Positions 18,477 to 27,685 are shown, counted from the stretch's first letter. The stretch is 33,231 nt of DNA from Candidatus Nealsonbacteria bacterium (GCA_003561025.1 PWII01000060.1:1-33231), one strand, 5' to 3'. Made by a program: numbers and translations. Notes: generated by a model from the letters alone, not told the origin.

Positions 18477-19433
18477 ATGAAAAAAGAAAATTCGCCTATT
18501 ATTGAAAATATACCTCGCTTTTTTGAATTTTTGGATATAGAAAAAGGTGTCTCTAATAAGACTCAGGAGACCTATTCAAGGTTCTTAAAAAGCTTTATAC
18601 TTTTCTTGGAAGAAAATAATCTAAGAGACTTAAAGCCACATCAGCTAACCGATGAGCATGTTTGGAAATATCGTGTCTATCTTTCAAAAAGATTAAATAA
18701 GAGAAAAGGAGAACCAATCACAAAGCGAACTCGGAATTATTATCTGATTGCACTAAGGGCGCTCTTAAATTATTTTGCAGATAGAAATATCCAATCACTT
18801 CCCTCGGAAAAAGTAAAGCTTGCCAAAGAGTCTAAAGAAAAGACTGTAAAGTTTCTTGATTTAAAGCAGATAGAAAAGCTTCTTCTTACTCCAAACAATA
18901 AGACAAAAACTGGCCTGCGAGACCGTGCAATACTGGAAACCTTTTTCTCTACAGGGCTCAGGGTCGCCGAGCTTGTTAGCTTAAATCGTGAACAGATAAA
19001 GATAAGAGAAAAGCCAGAAACTCTTGAAGTTTCAATAATCGGTAAGGGTGGGCATCCTAGAATTGTCTATTTTTCAGAACGTACTGTCAGGGCGATTTAT
19101 AATTATCTAAAAAAGAGAAAGGATAAAGAAAAAGCACTATTTATAAGGTATCGTGGTCCAAAAGACGCTTCTTTAAGAATAACTCCTAGATCTGTAGAGA
19201 GTATCGTTAAAAAATATGTAAAAAAGGCCGGATTACCCCTAACAACAACGCCACACACCCTAAGACACTCTTATGCTACCGATCTCTTGGCACAAGGAGT
19301 CGATTTGAGACTTATTCAAGAGTTTTTAGGTCATAGAAATATAGCCACAACACAGATATATACTCATATCACGAGTCAAAAATTAAGAGAAGTTCATCAA
19401 AAATTTCATAGTGGAAAAGAGATGAAAGAATAA
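18477..19433 (+). CDS. Tyrosine recombinase, XerC/XerD family
   Basis: Core-binding N-domain plus the full catalytic set: RDRA..TGLRVAEL (R), GKGG (K), PHTLRHSYAT (HxxR), LGH and TTQIYTH (Y). No phage or IS genes flank it. Confidence 0.95.
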   Translation: MKKENSPIIENIPRFFEFLDIEKGVSNKTQETYSRFLKSFILFLEENNLRDLKPHQLTDEHVWKYRVYLSKRLNKRKGEPITKRTRNYYLIALRALLNYFADRNIQSLPSEKVKLAKESKEKTVKFLDLKQIEKLLLTPNNKTKTGLRDRAILETFFSTGLRVAELVSLNREQIKIREKPETLEVSIIGKGGHPRIVYFSERTVRAIYNYLKKRKDKEKALFIRYRGPKDASLRITPRSVESIVKKYVKKAGLPLTTTPHTLRHSYATDLLAQGVDLRLIQEFLGHRNIATTQIYTHITSQKLREVHQKFHSGKEMKE

Positions 19434-19450
19434 ACTCCTCCCCCACCTCC

Positions 19451-19481
19451 CCTCTCGTACACCCCCGGGGTGTACGAGGGG
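19451..19481. repeat. GC-rich perfect palindrome (hairpin) downstream of xer; terminator or REP-like element
   Basis: CTCGTACACCCC-C-GGGGTGTACGAG has 12-bp perfect arms (19454-19465 / 19467-19478), extendable by one G-T and two C-G pairs. Confidence 0.8.
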
Positions 19482-19529
19482 TAATTTGTTGTATTGTTTG
19501 ACAGAAATAAAAAAATAGTTTATAGAAAA

Positions 19530-19715
19530 CTATTCCAAGAGTTCATTAATCTCTTCTTCAGAAAATATCTCTTCAAAAATAAGAGGATCTTTTTCCTCTA
19601 ATCTTGCTACTATAAAGCCGATAGAAAATGAAAAACTGGAAACTAGTAAGAGAAGAATAAGATACAAGATGTTCGTGTAATTTTCTTTGACAAAATTTTT
19701 TATTTTTGGTATCAT
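19530..19715 (-). CDS. Small single-pass membrane protein, hypothetical
   Basis: 61-aa ATG ORF with a basic N-terminus, one TM helix (ILYLILLLLVSSFSFSIGFIV) and an acidic tail; divergent from rpmA. Confidence 0.7.
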   Translation of the reverse strand: MIPKIKNFVKENYTNILYLILLLLVSSFSFSIGFIVARLEEKDPLIFEEIFSEEEINELLE

Positions 19716-19760
19716 TTTGGTTGTCTTTTGAGATATAAAAATAGTAAATAGGAAAAAAGT

Positions 19761-20033
19761 ATGGCTACAACAAAATCATCCGGTACAGTCAAGACTGGTA
19801 GAGATTCAAAACCAAAGTATCTTGGGGTTAAGCTTTATGGTGGACAAAAAGTTAAAGTTGGCGAAGTAATTATCAGACAGCGAGGAACAAAGTTTATTTT
19901 GGGTAAAAACGTCAAAAAAGGTAGAGATGATACCATTTACGCAATAAAAGAAGGAGTTGTCAGTTTTTCTACCAGAAACAAGACTCGCTATGACGGAAGA
20001 AAGAAAAGAGTTAAGGTCGTTAGCGTTTTATAG
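19761..20033 (+). CDS. rpmA: 50S ribosomal protein L27
   Basis: GRDSKPKYLGVK, IIRQRGTKF and NVKKGRDDTIYA motifs. Confidence 0.97.
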   Translation: MATTKSSGTVKTGRDSKPKYLGVKLYGGQKVKVGEVIIRQRGTKFILGKNVKKGRDDTIYAIKEGVVSFSTRNKTRYDGRKKRVKVVSVL

Positions 20034-21648
20034 CGATATCTACAAAATAATTAAAGATAGGATGTCCGGTAAGCGGTTTTGACTTTAATTCCGGATGAAA
20101 TTGCACTCCAAAATAAAAAGGGTGCTTTTTTATTTCGATAATCTCTACTAAGTCGTGTTGCGGATTTACTCCTGAAATAGTTAGGCCATTTTCTTCCAGT
20201 ATCGGCCTAAAATAGTTATTTACTTCAAATCGATGACGGTGTCTTTCGCTAATATCTCTTTTTTTATAAATTTTTTGGGCAACTGTTTTTGAAGCTATTT
20301 TACACTCGTATGCCCCAAGGCGCATCGTTCCACCGTATCTATTATTCTTTAGAAGCTCCTTTTGATCTTCCATTACGTCAATTACAGGATGACTACACTT
20401 TTTAGAAAACTCGGTTGAATTTGCATCTTTTAATTTACAGACATTTCTTGCAAATTCAATGACGGCAATCTGCATACCGAGACAGAGGCCTAAAAAAGGT
20501 ATCTTTTTTTCTCTGCAGAAATTTGCCGCAATAATTTTTCCCTCTACTCCCCTATCTCCAAATCCTCCGGGGACAATGACTCCGTCATAATGCGATAGTT
20601 CTTCTACTTTCTTTTTATTTTTTTCGTATTTTTCAGAATTAATCCATGATATCTCCTCTTTGCTGTTGTTTTTCCAACAAGCATGCCTAATTGCCTCAAT
20701 AACGGATATATAGGAGTCTGTTAGTACAAAGTCCCCTGTCTCAAAGTATTTACCGACAATCGCTATTTTTACTCTTTTTTTTGCGTTATTTTTCTTTTCA
20801 ATGAAATTTTTCCACTCAGATAGTCCTTCTCTCTTTCTTTTAACACTTTTTCCGACTTTTTTTAGGATTCTTTCACCCATTTTCTCCTTTTCAAAAAGGA
20901 GCGGAACATCATAAATTGAATCTGTGTCGGGGGCAGAGATTACATCTTCCGGATCAATATTACAAAAAGTTGAAATCTTTCTCTTTCTTATATTATCAAT
21001 CGGCATTGATGATCTTCCTACTATGATATCCGGTTGAATGCCTGCTTCATTTAGAAGACGGCTTGCGCTTTGTGTCGGTTTTGTCTTCATCTCGCCAATC
21101 GTCTTTGGAATAGGCAGATAACTTACTAAAACCACAAGGACACTTGATGGATTTTTGAGCTTCATCATTCTCGCAGCCTCTAAAAATAGAAGATTTTGAT
21201 ACTCCCCTATTGTTCCGCCGATTTCAATTAAAACAAAATCAGAGTCAGTCACCGCTCCCGCTCTCTTTATTCTGGATATAACTTCATTTGGAATATGGGG
21301 AACAACCTCAACACATTTTCCGTTGTATTCAAGATTTCTCTCCTTATTTATTACGGTCTGATAGACCTTTCCGGTAGTTAAGTAGTTGTCTTTTGTTAAA
21401 TCTTCTCCGGAAAATCTTTCATAATTACCGATATCTTGATCACATTCTGCACCGTCATCTGTTACAAATACTTCTCCGTGTTCCGTGGGGCTCATTGTAC
21501 CAGCATCAACATTGACATACGGATCTATCTTCATTGCCGTAGCGCTAAAACCTTTTGATTTAAGGATGCGTAAAATAGAAGATGTTGTAATCCCCTTCCC
21601 TATTCCCGACATTACCCCACCAACGACAAAGATATATTTTCTATCCAT
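20020..21648 (-). CDS. pyrG: CTP synthase
   Basis: GGVMSGIGKG, KIDPYVNVDAGTMSP, KTKPTQ, glutaminase GLCLGMQ, ERHRHRFE and QFHPE motifs. Confidence 0.98.
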   Translation of the reverse strand: MDRKYIFVVGGVMSGIGKGITTSSILRILKSKGFSATAMKIDPYVNVDAGTMSPTEHGEVFVTDDGAECDQDIGNYERFSGEDLTKDNYLTTGKVYQTVINKERNLEYNGKCVEVVPHIPNEVISRIKRAGAVTDSDFVLIEIGGTIGEYQNLLFLEAARMMKLKNPSSVLVVLVSYLPIPKTIGEMKTKPTQSASRLLNEAGIQPDIIVGRSSMPIDNIRKRKISTFCNIDPEDVISAPDTDSIYDVPLLFEKEKMGERILKKVGKSVKRKREGLSEWKNFIEKKNNAKKRVKIAIVGKYFETGDFVLTDSYISVIEAIRHACWKNNSKEEISWINSEKYEKNKKKVEELSHYDGVIVPGGFGDRGVEGKIIAANFCREKKIPFLGLCLGMQIAVIEFARNVCKLKDANSTEFSKKCSHPVIDVMEDQKELLKNNRYGGTMRLGAYECKIASKTVAQKIYKKRDISERHRHRFEVNNYFRPILEENGLTISGVNPQHDLVEIIEIKKHPFYFGVQFHPELKSKPLTGHPIFNYFVDIAIKR

Positions 21649-21653
21649 TTTAG

Positions 21654-22100
21654 TTATTTTTCTTTAACAACAGATAGCTTAATTTCAGAAGCTATATCTT
21701 CTTTAAATTTTACTTTGACGGAATGTTCTCCAAGATCTTTAATCGGTTTATCTAATTCAATTTGATCTTTTCTGACCTCAAAACCTTTTTTACCCAGCTC
21801 TTCTGCAATCTTTTGTGCAGAAATAGATTCAAATAGCTGCTCTTTTTCACCAACATTTACACCAATCTCCAAAATAAGCCCATCTATTTTTTTCGCATTC
21901 TCTTTTAGTTTTTTTAGCTCCTCCTCTCTCCTCCTTTCTTCCTTTTCTTTTTCTGTCTTTAGTCGATTAATTTCCTTTTCTGTCGCAATTTTTGCTAAAT
22001 TATTCTTAAGTAAAAAGTTTCTTCCGTATCCATCAGAAACATCCTTAATCTCAAATTTTTTACCAAGATTCTTTACATCCTTTAATAAAATTATTTTCAT
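21654..22100 (-). CDS. rplI: 50S ribosomal protein L9
   Basis: [25 protein letters not shown]-domain, long linker helix, and PIKDLG. Confidence 0.96.
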   Translation of the reverse strand: MKIILLKDVKNLGKKFEIKDVSDGYGRNFLLKNNLAKIATEKEINRLKTEKEKEERRREEELKKLKENAKKIDGLILEIGVNVGEKEQLFESISAQKIAEELGKKGFEVRKDQIELDKPIKDLGEHSVKVKFKEDIASEIKLSVVKEK

Positions 22101-22201
22101 ATTTTTAATAGTTATATTGTTTTTTTGAATTAAGAATAGATTATTATCGTTTAATTCTGTAGCAGTTTTTCTTGTAATTTTTCAGAACAAAATCAAATAA
22201 A

Positions 22202-23383
22202 TTACTGGCTTTCCTCTTTTATCACTTCTATTGCTTTTTCAAGCTGAGGATCTTCTTCCCTTTCTATGTCTTCTTCAGTTATCTCTATCTTTATGTCGGG
22301 CACAAGACCTTCTTCATTAATTGCATTTCTGTTTGGGGTAAGAAAATACTCTTCTGTTATTTTTAATGTTGAGCCGTCTTTTAGGTCATGTATCGCCTGA
22401 ATTGAGCCTTTTCCAAAAGATGGCATCCCAATCAATTTGGCGCCCTTGTTATCACGTAAGGCTCCGGCTAATATCTCTGCAGCAGAAGCACTTCCTTCAT
22501 TAATTAAAACAACAACAGGATAGTCTCTCAAAGTAGGTCTTGCGTCTCTTGCTCTGAGCAGATCCTGATCTTCATTTTGCGTTGCTTGAGTCTTAATTAC
22601 AACAACATCTCCCTTTTCAAGAAAATAGCTGGATATATTAACTGAGGTTCCCAAAAGGCCCCCGGGATTATTTCTCAAATCCAAAATAATCTTTTGGACA
22701 GGGCTTTCTACTATTTCACGTGAAATAGTAGAAAATTCTTGTGTAATGTTTCCATGAAAATGAAAAAGTTCAATATGAGCAATATTATCCTCAATTATCT
22801 GCCAAGAGAGCGAAGGAATTTTAATTACATCACGAACAATACTGACACTTCTTTTTTCTTCATTTCGATAAATTTCTAGAACTACCTCTTCTCCTCTCTG
22901 CCCTCTAATTTTTTGGACCGCCTCTTCAATCGTTATTCCTGTTGTTGACTCTCCGTCAATTTTGGTAATTACATCCATCGGCCTAAGCCCCGCTCTATCT
23001 GCAGGAGTATCTTTTAAGGGAGAAATTACCTTTAATTTATTTTCTCTGATACCTATCTCTATGCCGATTCCTTCAAATTCTCCCGAAACATCATCTAAGA
23101 AGATTTTACTCTGCTCTTTGTCAAAGAAACTGGTGTGGGCGTCGCCTAGTGAGTTTACAAAACCTCTAATTATTCCGTGAATTTTTTCTTTCTCACTAAC
23201 CTCTTCAAATCCCGGAAAATTTTCTTGCAAAAGATAATATGCCTCTGTAAAAAGAGAAAAATCCAGTTCAGCGGAAGGATTTACAAAAACTCTCTCTTTT
23301 TGCCCAAAATAAAAACCGGAGATAAAAATTATTACTCCAAAAAAAGAAAATATAAGAAATTTTATAAAACCTGATGCTTTCAT
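22202..23383 (-). CDS. ctpA: Carboxyl-terminal processing protease (S41A, PDZ domain)
   Basis: N-terminal TM helix, GEFEGIGIEI, PDZ (TPADRAGL), LDLRNNPGG, SASAAE (catalytic Ser) and FGKGSIQ (catalytic Lys). Start moved to ATG 23383 because the TTG at 23419 is part of the -35 box. Confidence 0.93.
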   Translation of the reverse strand: MKASGFIKFLIFSFFGVIIFISGFYFGQKERVFVNPSAELDFSLFTEAYYLLQENFPGFEEVSEKEKIHGIIRGFVNSLGDAHTSFFDKEQSKIFLDDVSGEFEGIGIEIGIRENKLKVISPLKDTPADRAGLRPMDVITKIDGESTTGITIEEAVQKIRGQRGEEVVLEIYRNEEKRSVSIVRDVIKIPSLSWQIIEDNIAHIELFHFHGNITQEFSTISREIVESPVQKIILDLRNNPGGLLGTSVNISSYFLEKGDVVVIKTQATQNEDQDLLRARDARPTLRDYPVVVLINEGSASAAEILAGALRDNKGAKLIGMPSFGKGSIQAIHDLKDGSTLKITEEYFLTPNRNAINEEGLVPDIKIEITEEDIEREEDPQLEKAIEVIKEESQ

Positions 23384-23419
23384 CGAAAACAATATATCAC
23401 AAAATCGAAAGAATGACAA
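23384..23419 (-). promoter_or_regulatory. Promoter for the S41 protease, probable leaderless transcript
   Basis: Minus strand reads TTGTCA, 17 bp spacer ending in TGa, TATATT, 7 nt, then ATG. Confidence 0.62.
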
Positions 23420-23435
23420 ATTAGAAAGATGACAA

Positions 23436-23954
23436 TTAATCGTATCTTTTTGCCTTAAAAAAATAGATATCTACCTTTTCCAAATTAGGATCTATTCCAC
23501 CTTTTTGACAAGCAATAGAGAACTGTTCTTCCGGACTATCTATTCCGGGTAAGTCAGGAAGGAGAAGAGAGCTTTTTTTAAGGTCTGTTTTTAGCAGAAT
23601 GCCGTATCTTTTCGGATCAAGATTTGATATCTCTTTAATTAGTTGAGGTTTTTCCAGTATATATACGGAATATTTCAGATTAGGCAAGTCACTTTTTTTT
23701 ATTTCCGGAAACCTCCCATCTCTTGTAGCTGCTGATATCGCATTATCAATAATCTCTTCTGCAATATTTTCTTTTGCAGGAAGATATGTTCCGATACAAC
23801 CTCTTAGATGACCCTCTTTTGAAAGAATACTAACAAAAACAGCCCCCCTCTCTGTCAAGAGATCTTTGTATCTTTCTTTGTCAGGCTTAATTACAATCTT
23901 ATCTTTTATAAATTTTTCAACTGCACTTTTGGCAAGCTCTACATATCTATTCAT
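23436..23954 (-). CDS. amrA: AmmeMemoRadiSam system protein A (AMMECR1 domain)
   Basis: GAVFVSI..LRGCIGT signature, AATRDGRF, LLLPDL and KGGI; adjacent to amrB-like and amrS genes. Confidence 0.94.
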   Translation of the reverse strand: MNRYVELAKSAVEKFIKDKIVIKPDKERYKDLLTERGAVFVSILSKEGHLRGCIGTYLPAKENIAEEIIDNAISAATRDGRFPEIKKSDLPNLKYSVYILEKPQLIKEISNLDPKRYGILLKTDLKKSSLLLPDLPGIDSPEEQFSIACQKGGIDPNLEKVDIYFFKAKRYD

Positions 23955-24570
23955 ATATTTTAAAATTAACCGTAAGATATCCTACTCCAAAAGGATACTG
24001 ATATGCTAGTACTTCAGGATTATATTTTTTTTCTGAAGCCTCTAGTACTCCTAAAAGGAATAAGATTGGTCTTAGACCGCATTCTAGAGCCTCTGGGAAG
24101 AGATTATCTAGCCTTGTAAGAGTATCAACATCCTTATCATTTAATGACTTAATTAACATTTTATCAAAACTTGGACCATCATGATGAAAGCCGTAAGGGC
24201 CATTCTCTCTTAGGCAGTGTGAAGTATCTCCGGAAGCAATAAGAGCTATCTCATCACTATTATCTTCTAATTCTGAAAGATAATACCTTTTTCCTTTTAA
24301 AAACTCTTCTTTAAGGTCACCTGAGCCTATTAATATTTTGTCAATTTTTCCATTAAAGTTTTTTGCAAGATAAAATAGAGGAACAGAAAAGCCCCAATCA
24401 TCGTGAGGTGAAGAGATAATAATTTTATCAACTTCTTTACTCTCTAACTCTTTTCTTAAAAAAGAGAGAGCATCTATCGTATCACTCAGCTTCTTCCTCT
24501 CTTCTTTTTTGGATACAGAAGGGAGGAGGAGCGGTGGATGTGGTGCAATACAGGCAAATTTAATAGACAT
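23947..24570 (-). CDS. amrB: AmmeMemoRadiSam system protein B-like (MEMO1/LigB extradiol-dioxygenase fold), shortened
   Basis: PHPP, ISSPH, IASGDTSH, ECGLR and FGVGY motifs; located between amrS and amrA. Confidence 0.82.
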   Translation of the reverse strand: MSIKFACIAPHPPLLLPSVSKKEERKKLSDTIDALSFLRKELESKEVDKIIISSPHDDWGFSVPLFYLAKNFNGKIDKILIGSGDLKEEFLKGKRYYLSELEDNSDEIALIASGDTSHCLRENGPYGFHHDGPSFDKMLIKSLNDKDVDTLTRLDNLFPEALECGLRPILFLLGVLEASEKKYNPEVLAYQYPFGVGYLTVNFKIYE

Positions 24571-24600
24571 CTTTTTGTGTATTGTGTATCACTTTAAATT

Positions 24601-25608
24601 TTATAATAACTCCATCTTATTGTTGCAGTCTGGACAAATTGAGTCTTTTGTAAGTATCTTAACATTGTAGCCACTTCTTTTTACAACTGTCTTTCCGCAA
24701 AAAGGACAGCTTGTATCTGAAAAGATTGCTTTTCCTGTGTTACCGACATAGATATAATTTAGACCCTCTTTTTTCCCGATATTATATGCATCTTCCAAGC
24801 TTTTAAGAGGAGTTTCTGGAATATCTTTTAGCTTCCATGAGATGGAGGGTGTAAATCTACTTATATGCCAAGGAGTATCTTTACCGAGTTTTCTCTTTAT
24901 AAAGCGAGCAATCTTTGTTAGATTATCTTTTTTGTCTGAGAGATTCGGAATAATTAAGGTGGTTATCTCTACCCATACACCTCTATCTTTTAACAGCTTT
25001 GCTGTTCTTAAAATTGGTAAAAGAGATGCATTACAATTTTTTTTATAAAAACTATTCGAAAAACTCTTTATATCAATATTTATAGCGTCAAGGTATGGTG
25101 CAATCATCTCTATAGTTTTCTTGGAGAGAAAACCATTAGAGACCCAGATATTTTTTAGATCCTTCTCTTTTGCAAGTTTCATCGTATCAATCGCATATTC
25201 TAGAAATATTGTCGGTTCGGTATAAGTATAAGAGAGCGAAGGCACCTTTTTTTGAAGAGCTATTTCAACAACCTTTTCTCCCTGAACCTCACCTTTAAGA
25301 GAAGAGATCTCTTCATATTCTTGTGACAATCTGAAGTTTTGACAATTCATACAGCGAAAATTACAGCCCGGAGTGGCCAAGGAGAGAGTCTTTGTCCCCG
25401 GCAAGAAATGGAATAAAGGTTTTTTTTCTATCGGATCAATATCCAGTGCGACTACCTTGTTGTAATTAAGAGCAAATAGCTTTCCGTTTTCGTTTTTTCG
25501 CATTCCGCAAAAACCTCTTCCTTGATTTGAAATAGTACAGAAGTGAGCACATGTTTTGCACCTTACTCTTTTATTTAATAGCTTTTTATAAAGATATGAT
25601 TCTTTCAT
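24601..25608 (-). CDS. amrS: AmmeMemoRadiSam system radical SAM enzyme
   Basis: N-terminal CxxCxxxC, DPIEKKPLFHF, radical-SAM GCNFRCMNCQN, YTYTEP, NIDIKS and C-terminal CxxC pairs. Confidence 0.96.
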   Translation of the reverse strand: MKESYLYKKLLNKRVRCKTCAHFCTISNQGRGFCGMRKNENGKLFALNYNKVVALDIDPIEKKPLFHFLPGTKTLSLATPGCNFRCMNCQNFRLSQEYEEISSLKGEVQGEKVVEIALQKKVPSLSYTYTEPTIFLEYAIDTMKLAKEKDLKNIWVSNGFLSKKTIEMIAPYLDAINIDIKSFSNSFYKKNCNASLLPILRTAKLLKDRGVWVEITTLIIPNLSDKKDNLTKIARFIKRKLGKDTPWHISRFTPSISWKLKDIPETPLKSLEDAYNIGKKEGLNYIYVGNTGKAIFSDTSCPFCGKTVVKRSGYNVKILTKDSICPDCNNKMELL

Positions 25609-25629
25609 ATTCTACTTTCTTAAATGGTA

Positions 25630-25638
25630 ATTGTAGCA
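25630..25638 (-). promoter_or_regulatory. Extended -10 promoter for amrS-amrB-amrA
   Basis: Minus strand TGc-TACAAT ends 21 nt before the amrS ATG. Confidence 0.45.
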
Positions 25639-25703
25639 TAACACAAAGAGTTGATAACGAAAACTATTATCATTAGATATCTTTTTGTGTTATAGGATAT
25701 GAT

Positions 25704-26321
25704 TTAGCTCATTATCTCTTTAAGTTTGAGGATAACAGTCCTGTCAAAGCGCTCTCTCTCTTCTAATTTTTGAGATATATATTTTCTCACTCTCATCATT
25801 TCCGGGATATAGACATGCTCTAAAGAGTTGACTCTTCTTCTCGTCTTTTCAATTTCTTCAGCTAATAGACGAATTTTAATTGTTAGATTTGCGTAGTTAA
25901 TTAAATTATTACGAATTGCAGATATATCTTCTTTTGAGCGATACAGATCGCTATCAACAGAATGTAGAGATATCTTACTCTCTTCTAGCTTTTCTCTGTT
26001 TACTACATTCCCCTCTCTAATCTGGACGCCCATTATGTTCCTAAAAGTGAGATTGACATCAGCAAGAGGAAGATGACTAATTAGGTTTTCTGTCTCTTCT
26101 TGTCCGGCTCTGCTTGCAGAAAGAAAAAAATGATAAAATGCGGGCGATATCTTTTCTCCTAGGCCTTCTCTAAGTTTTTGGAGCTCTCTAATGTTTCCGA
26201 GAAATTCTTGCATTAATCCATCAAGCTTCTCTTTAAGAAGATCATGACCGGACTGAGCTGTCTTTAATCTCTTCTTAATCTTTAGAAGTTCTTGTCTTGT
26301 CGGATTAACTTTTAGTTTCAT
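25704..26321 (-). CDS. atpD: V/A-type ATPase subunit D (NtpD)
   Basis: [21 protein letters not shown] and [14 protein letters not shown] motifs. Confidence 0.96.
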   Translation of the reverse strand: MKLKVNPTRQELLKIKKRLKTAQSGHDLLKEKLDGLMQEFLGNIRELQKLREGLGEKISPAFYHFFLSASRAGQEETENLISHLPLADVNLTFRNIMGVQIREGNVVNREKLEESKISLHSVDSDLYRSKEDISAIRNNLINYANLTIKIRLLAEEIEKTRRRVNSLEHVYIPEMMRVRKYISQKLEERERFDRTVILKLKEIMS

Positions 26322-27684
26322 TTTGTTCTTTGTTTAGGTATTTTTCCATATCTTCTTCTTTGACTCTCTTTAATTCTTCTTTTGGTAAAATTGAAAGTAA
26401 CTCCCATCCCAGCATTAAGGTTTCTTCAATCTCTCTGTTTTCATACAGGTCTTGAGTTAAGAATTTTTCTTCAAATTTTTCAGCAAAACGGAGATATGCT
26501 CTGTCTGTTTCAGATAGAGATGATTCCCCTAAGATTACCGTTAACTCTTTTATCTCCTGTCCACGAGCATACGATGCAAAAAGCTGATTTGCAAGCCCCG
26601 GGTGATCTTTTCTTGTTTTCTTGTCGCCTATCCCCTTGTCTCTTAATCGTGAAAGGCTTGGCAAGACATCTATTGGTGGATAAATTCCTTGTTGGTAAAG
26701 TGTTCTTGAAAGCATAATCTGTCCTTCTGTAATGTATCCGGTAAGATCAGGGATAGGATGAGTCTTGTCGTCTTCCGGCATAGTAAGAATCGGAATTTGT
26801 GTCACGGAACCCTTTTTGCCTTGAATTAGACCTGCACGTTCATATATTGATGCAAGATCTGTATAGAGATAGCCCGGATAACCTCTTCTGCCGGGCACCT
26901 CTTTTCTCGCTGCAGAAACTTCTCTTAGAGCCTCACAGTAGTTAGTCATATCGGTTAAGATTACGAGCACATGATAGTCTTTTTCAAATGCGAGATATTC
27001 GGCTGCCGTTAGTGCAAGTCTAGGGAGAGTAATTCGTTCTATTACAGGATCTGCCGCAGTATTTATAAAGAGAGTCGATCTTGATAGTGCACCTGTCTTT
27101 TTGAATTCTTCAATAAAAAATCTTGACTCTTCAAAAGTAATACCCATTGCACCAAATACAATACTAAAATTACCGGCAATTTTAGCTTGTCTTGCAATCT
27201 GGGTTGCCAGTAATGAATGTGGAAGGCCTGATGCCGAAAATATGGGAAGTTTTTGTCCTCGCACAAGAGTGTTTAGTGCATCGATTGATGAAATACCTGT
27301 CTGAATAAAGTTGTCTGGATACTCTCTACAGTAGGGATTAATCGGACTACCGTTAATATCAAGATTTTTTTCTAATATCGGGTAGGGATGTCCATCAAGA
27401 GGTTTTGCCGACCCATCAAAAACTCTTCCAAGCATCTCTTCTGATGCTTCCAGTGTCATTGTTTTTCCTAAAAAAGATACCTTTGAAGATTCGGGAGTAA
27501 GACCTCTTGTCTCTTCAAACATCTGTACCAGCGCTTTACCGGCACTTGCCTCTAAAACCCTTCCAACTCTTTTTGAATTATCGGGCAGTTCAACTTCTAC
27601 CAATTCTTCGTATTTTGCATTGGATACTCCTTCTACAACAATCAAAGAACCGGCAATCTCTTTTATTCCTTTGTATTTTAGCAT
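26305..27684 (-). CDS. atpB: V/A-type ATPase subunit B (NtpB)
   Basis: [47 protein letters not shown] and [12 protein letters not shown] motifs. Confidence 0.98.
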   Translation of the reverse strand: MLKYKGIKEIAGSLIVVEGVSNAKYEELVEVELPDNSKRVGRVLEASAGKALVQMFEETRGLTPESSKVSFLGKTMTLEASEEMLGRVFDGSAKPLDGHPYPILEKNLDINGSPINPYCREYPDNFIQTGISSIDALNTLVRGQKLPIFSASGLPHSLLATQIARQAKIAGNFSIVFGAMGITFEESRFFIEEFKKTGALSRSTLFINTAADPVIERITLPRLALTAAEYLAFEKDYHVLVILTDMTNYCEALREVSAARKEVPGRRGYPGYLYTDLASIYERAGLIQGKKGSVTQIPILTMPEDDKTHPIPDLTGYITEGQIMLSRTLYQQGIYPPIDVLPSLSRLRDKGIGDKKTRKDHPGLANQLFASYARGQEIKELTVILGESSLSETDRAYLRFAEKFEEKFLTQDLYENREIEETLMLGWELLSILPKEELKRVKEEDMEKYLNKEQNETKS

Positions 27685-27685
27685 A

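Noticed and set aside
18477..19433. Recombinase as a prophage or genomic-island integrase
   Set aside because: Length and motifs are Xer-like, flanks are housekeeping genes, and no tRNA, att duplication or cargo genes were seen.
19498..19526. TTGACA-17-TATAGA promoter-like element antisense to the 61-aa gene
   Set aside because: The -10 lacks the conserved final T and the context is AT-rich; too weak to call.
1412..21600. KOPS-like GGGNAGGG octamers at 1412 (+), 7053 (+) and 21593 (-), all pointing to the dif-like site
   Set aside because: Only three found in a non-exhaustive scan by eye, and explained equally well by purine-rich coding strands. Needs a genome-wide skew test.
14237..23419. 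ORF-track starts at 14237 (ftsW), 16497 (gltX) and 23419 (S41 protease)
   Set aside because: They overlap upstream genes deeply or coincide with a -35 box. Downstream ATGs at 14294, 16557 and 23383 fit better.
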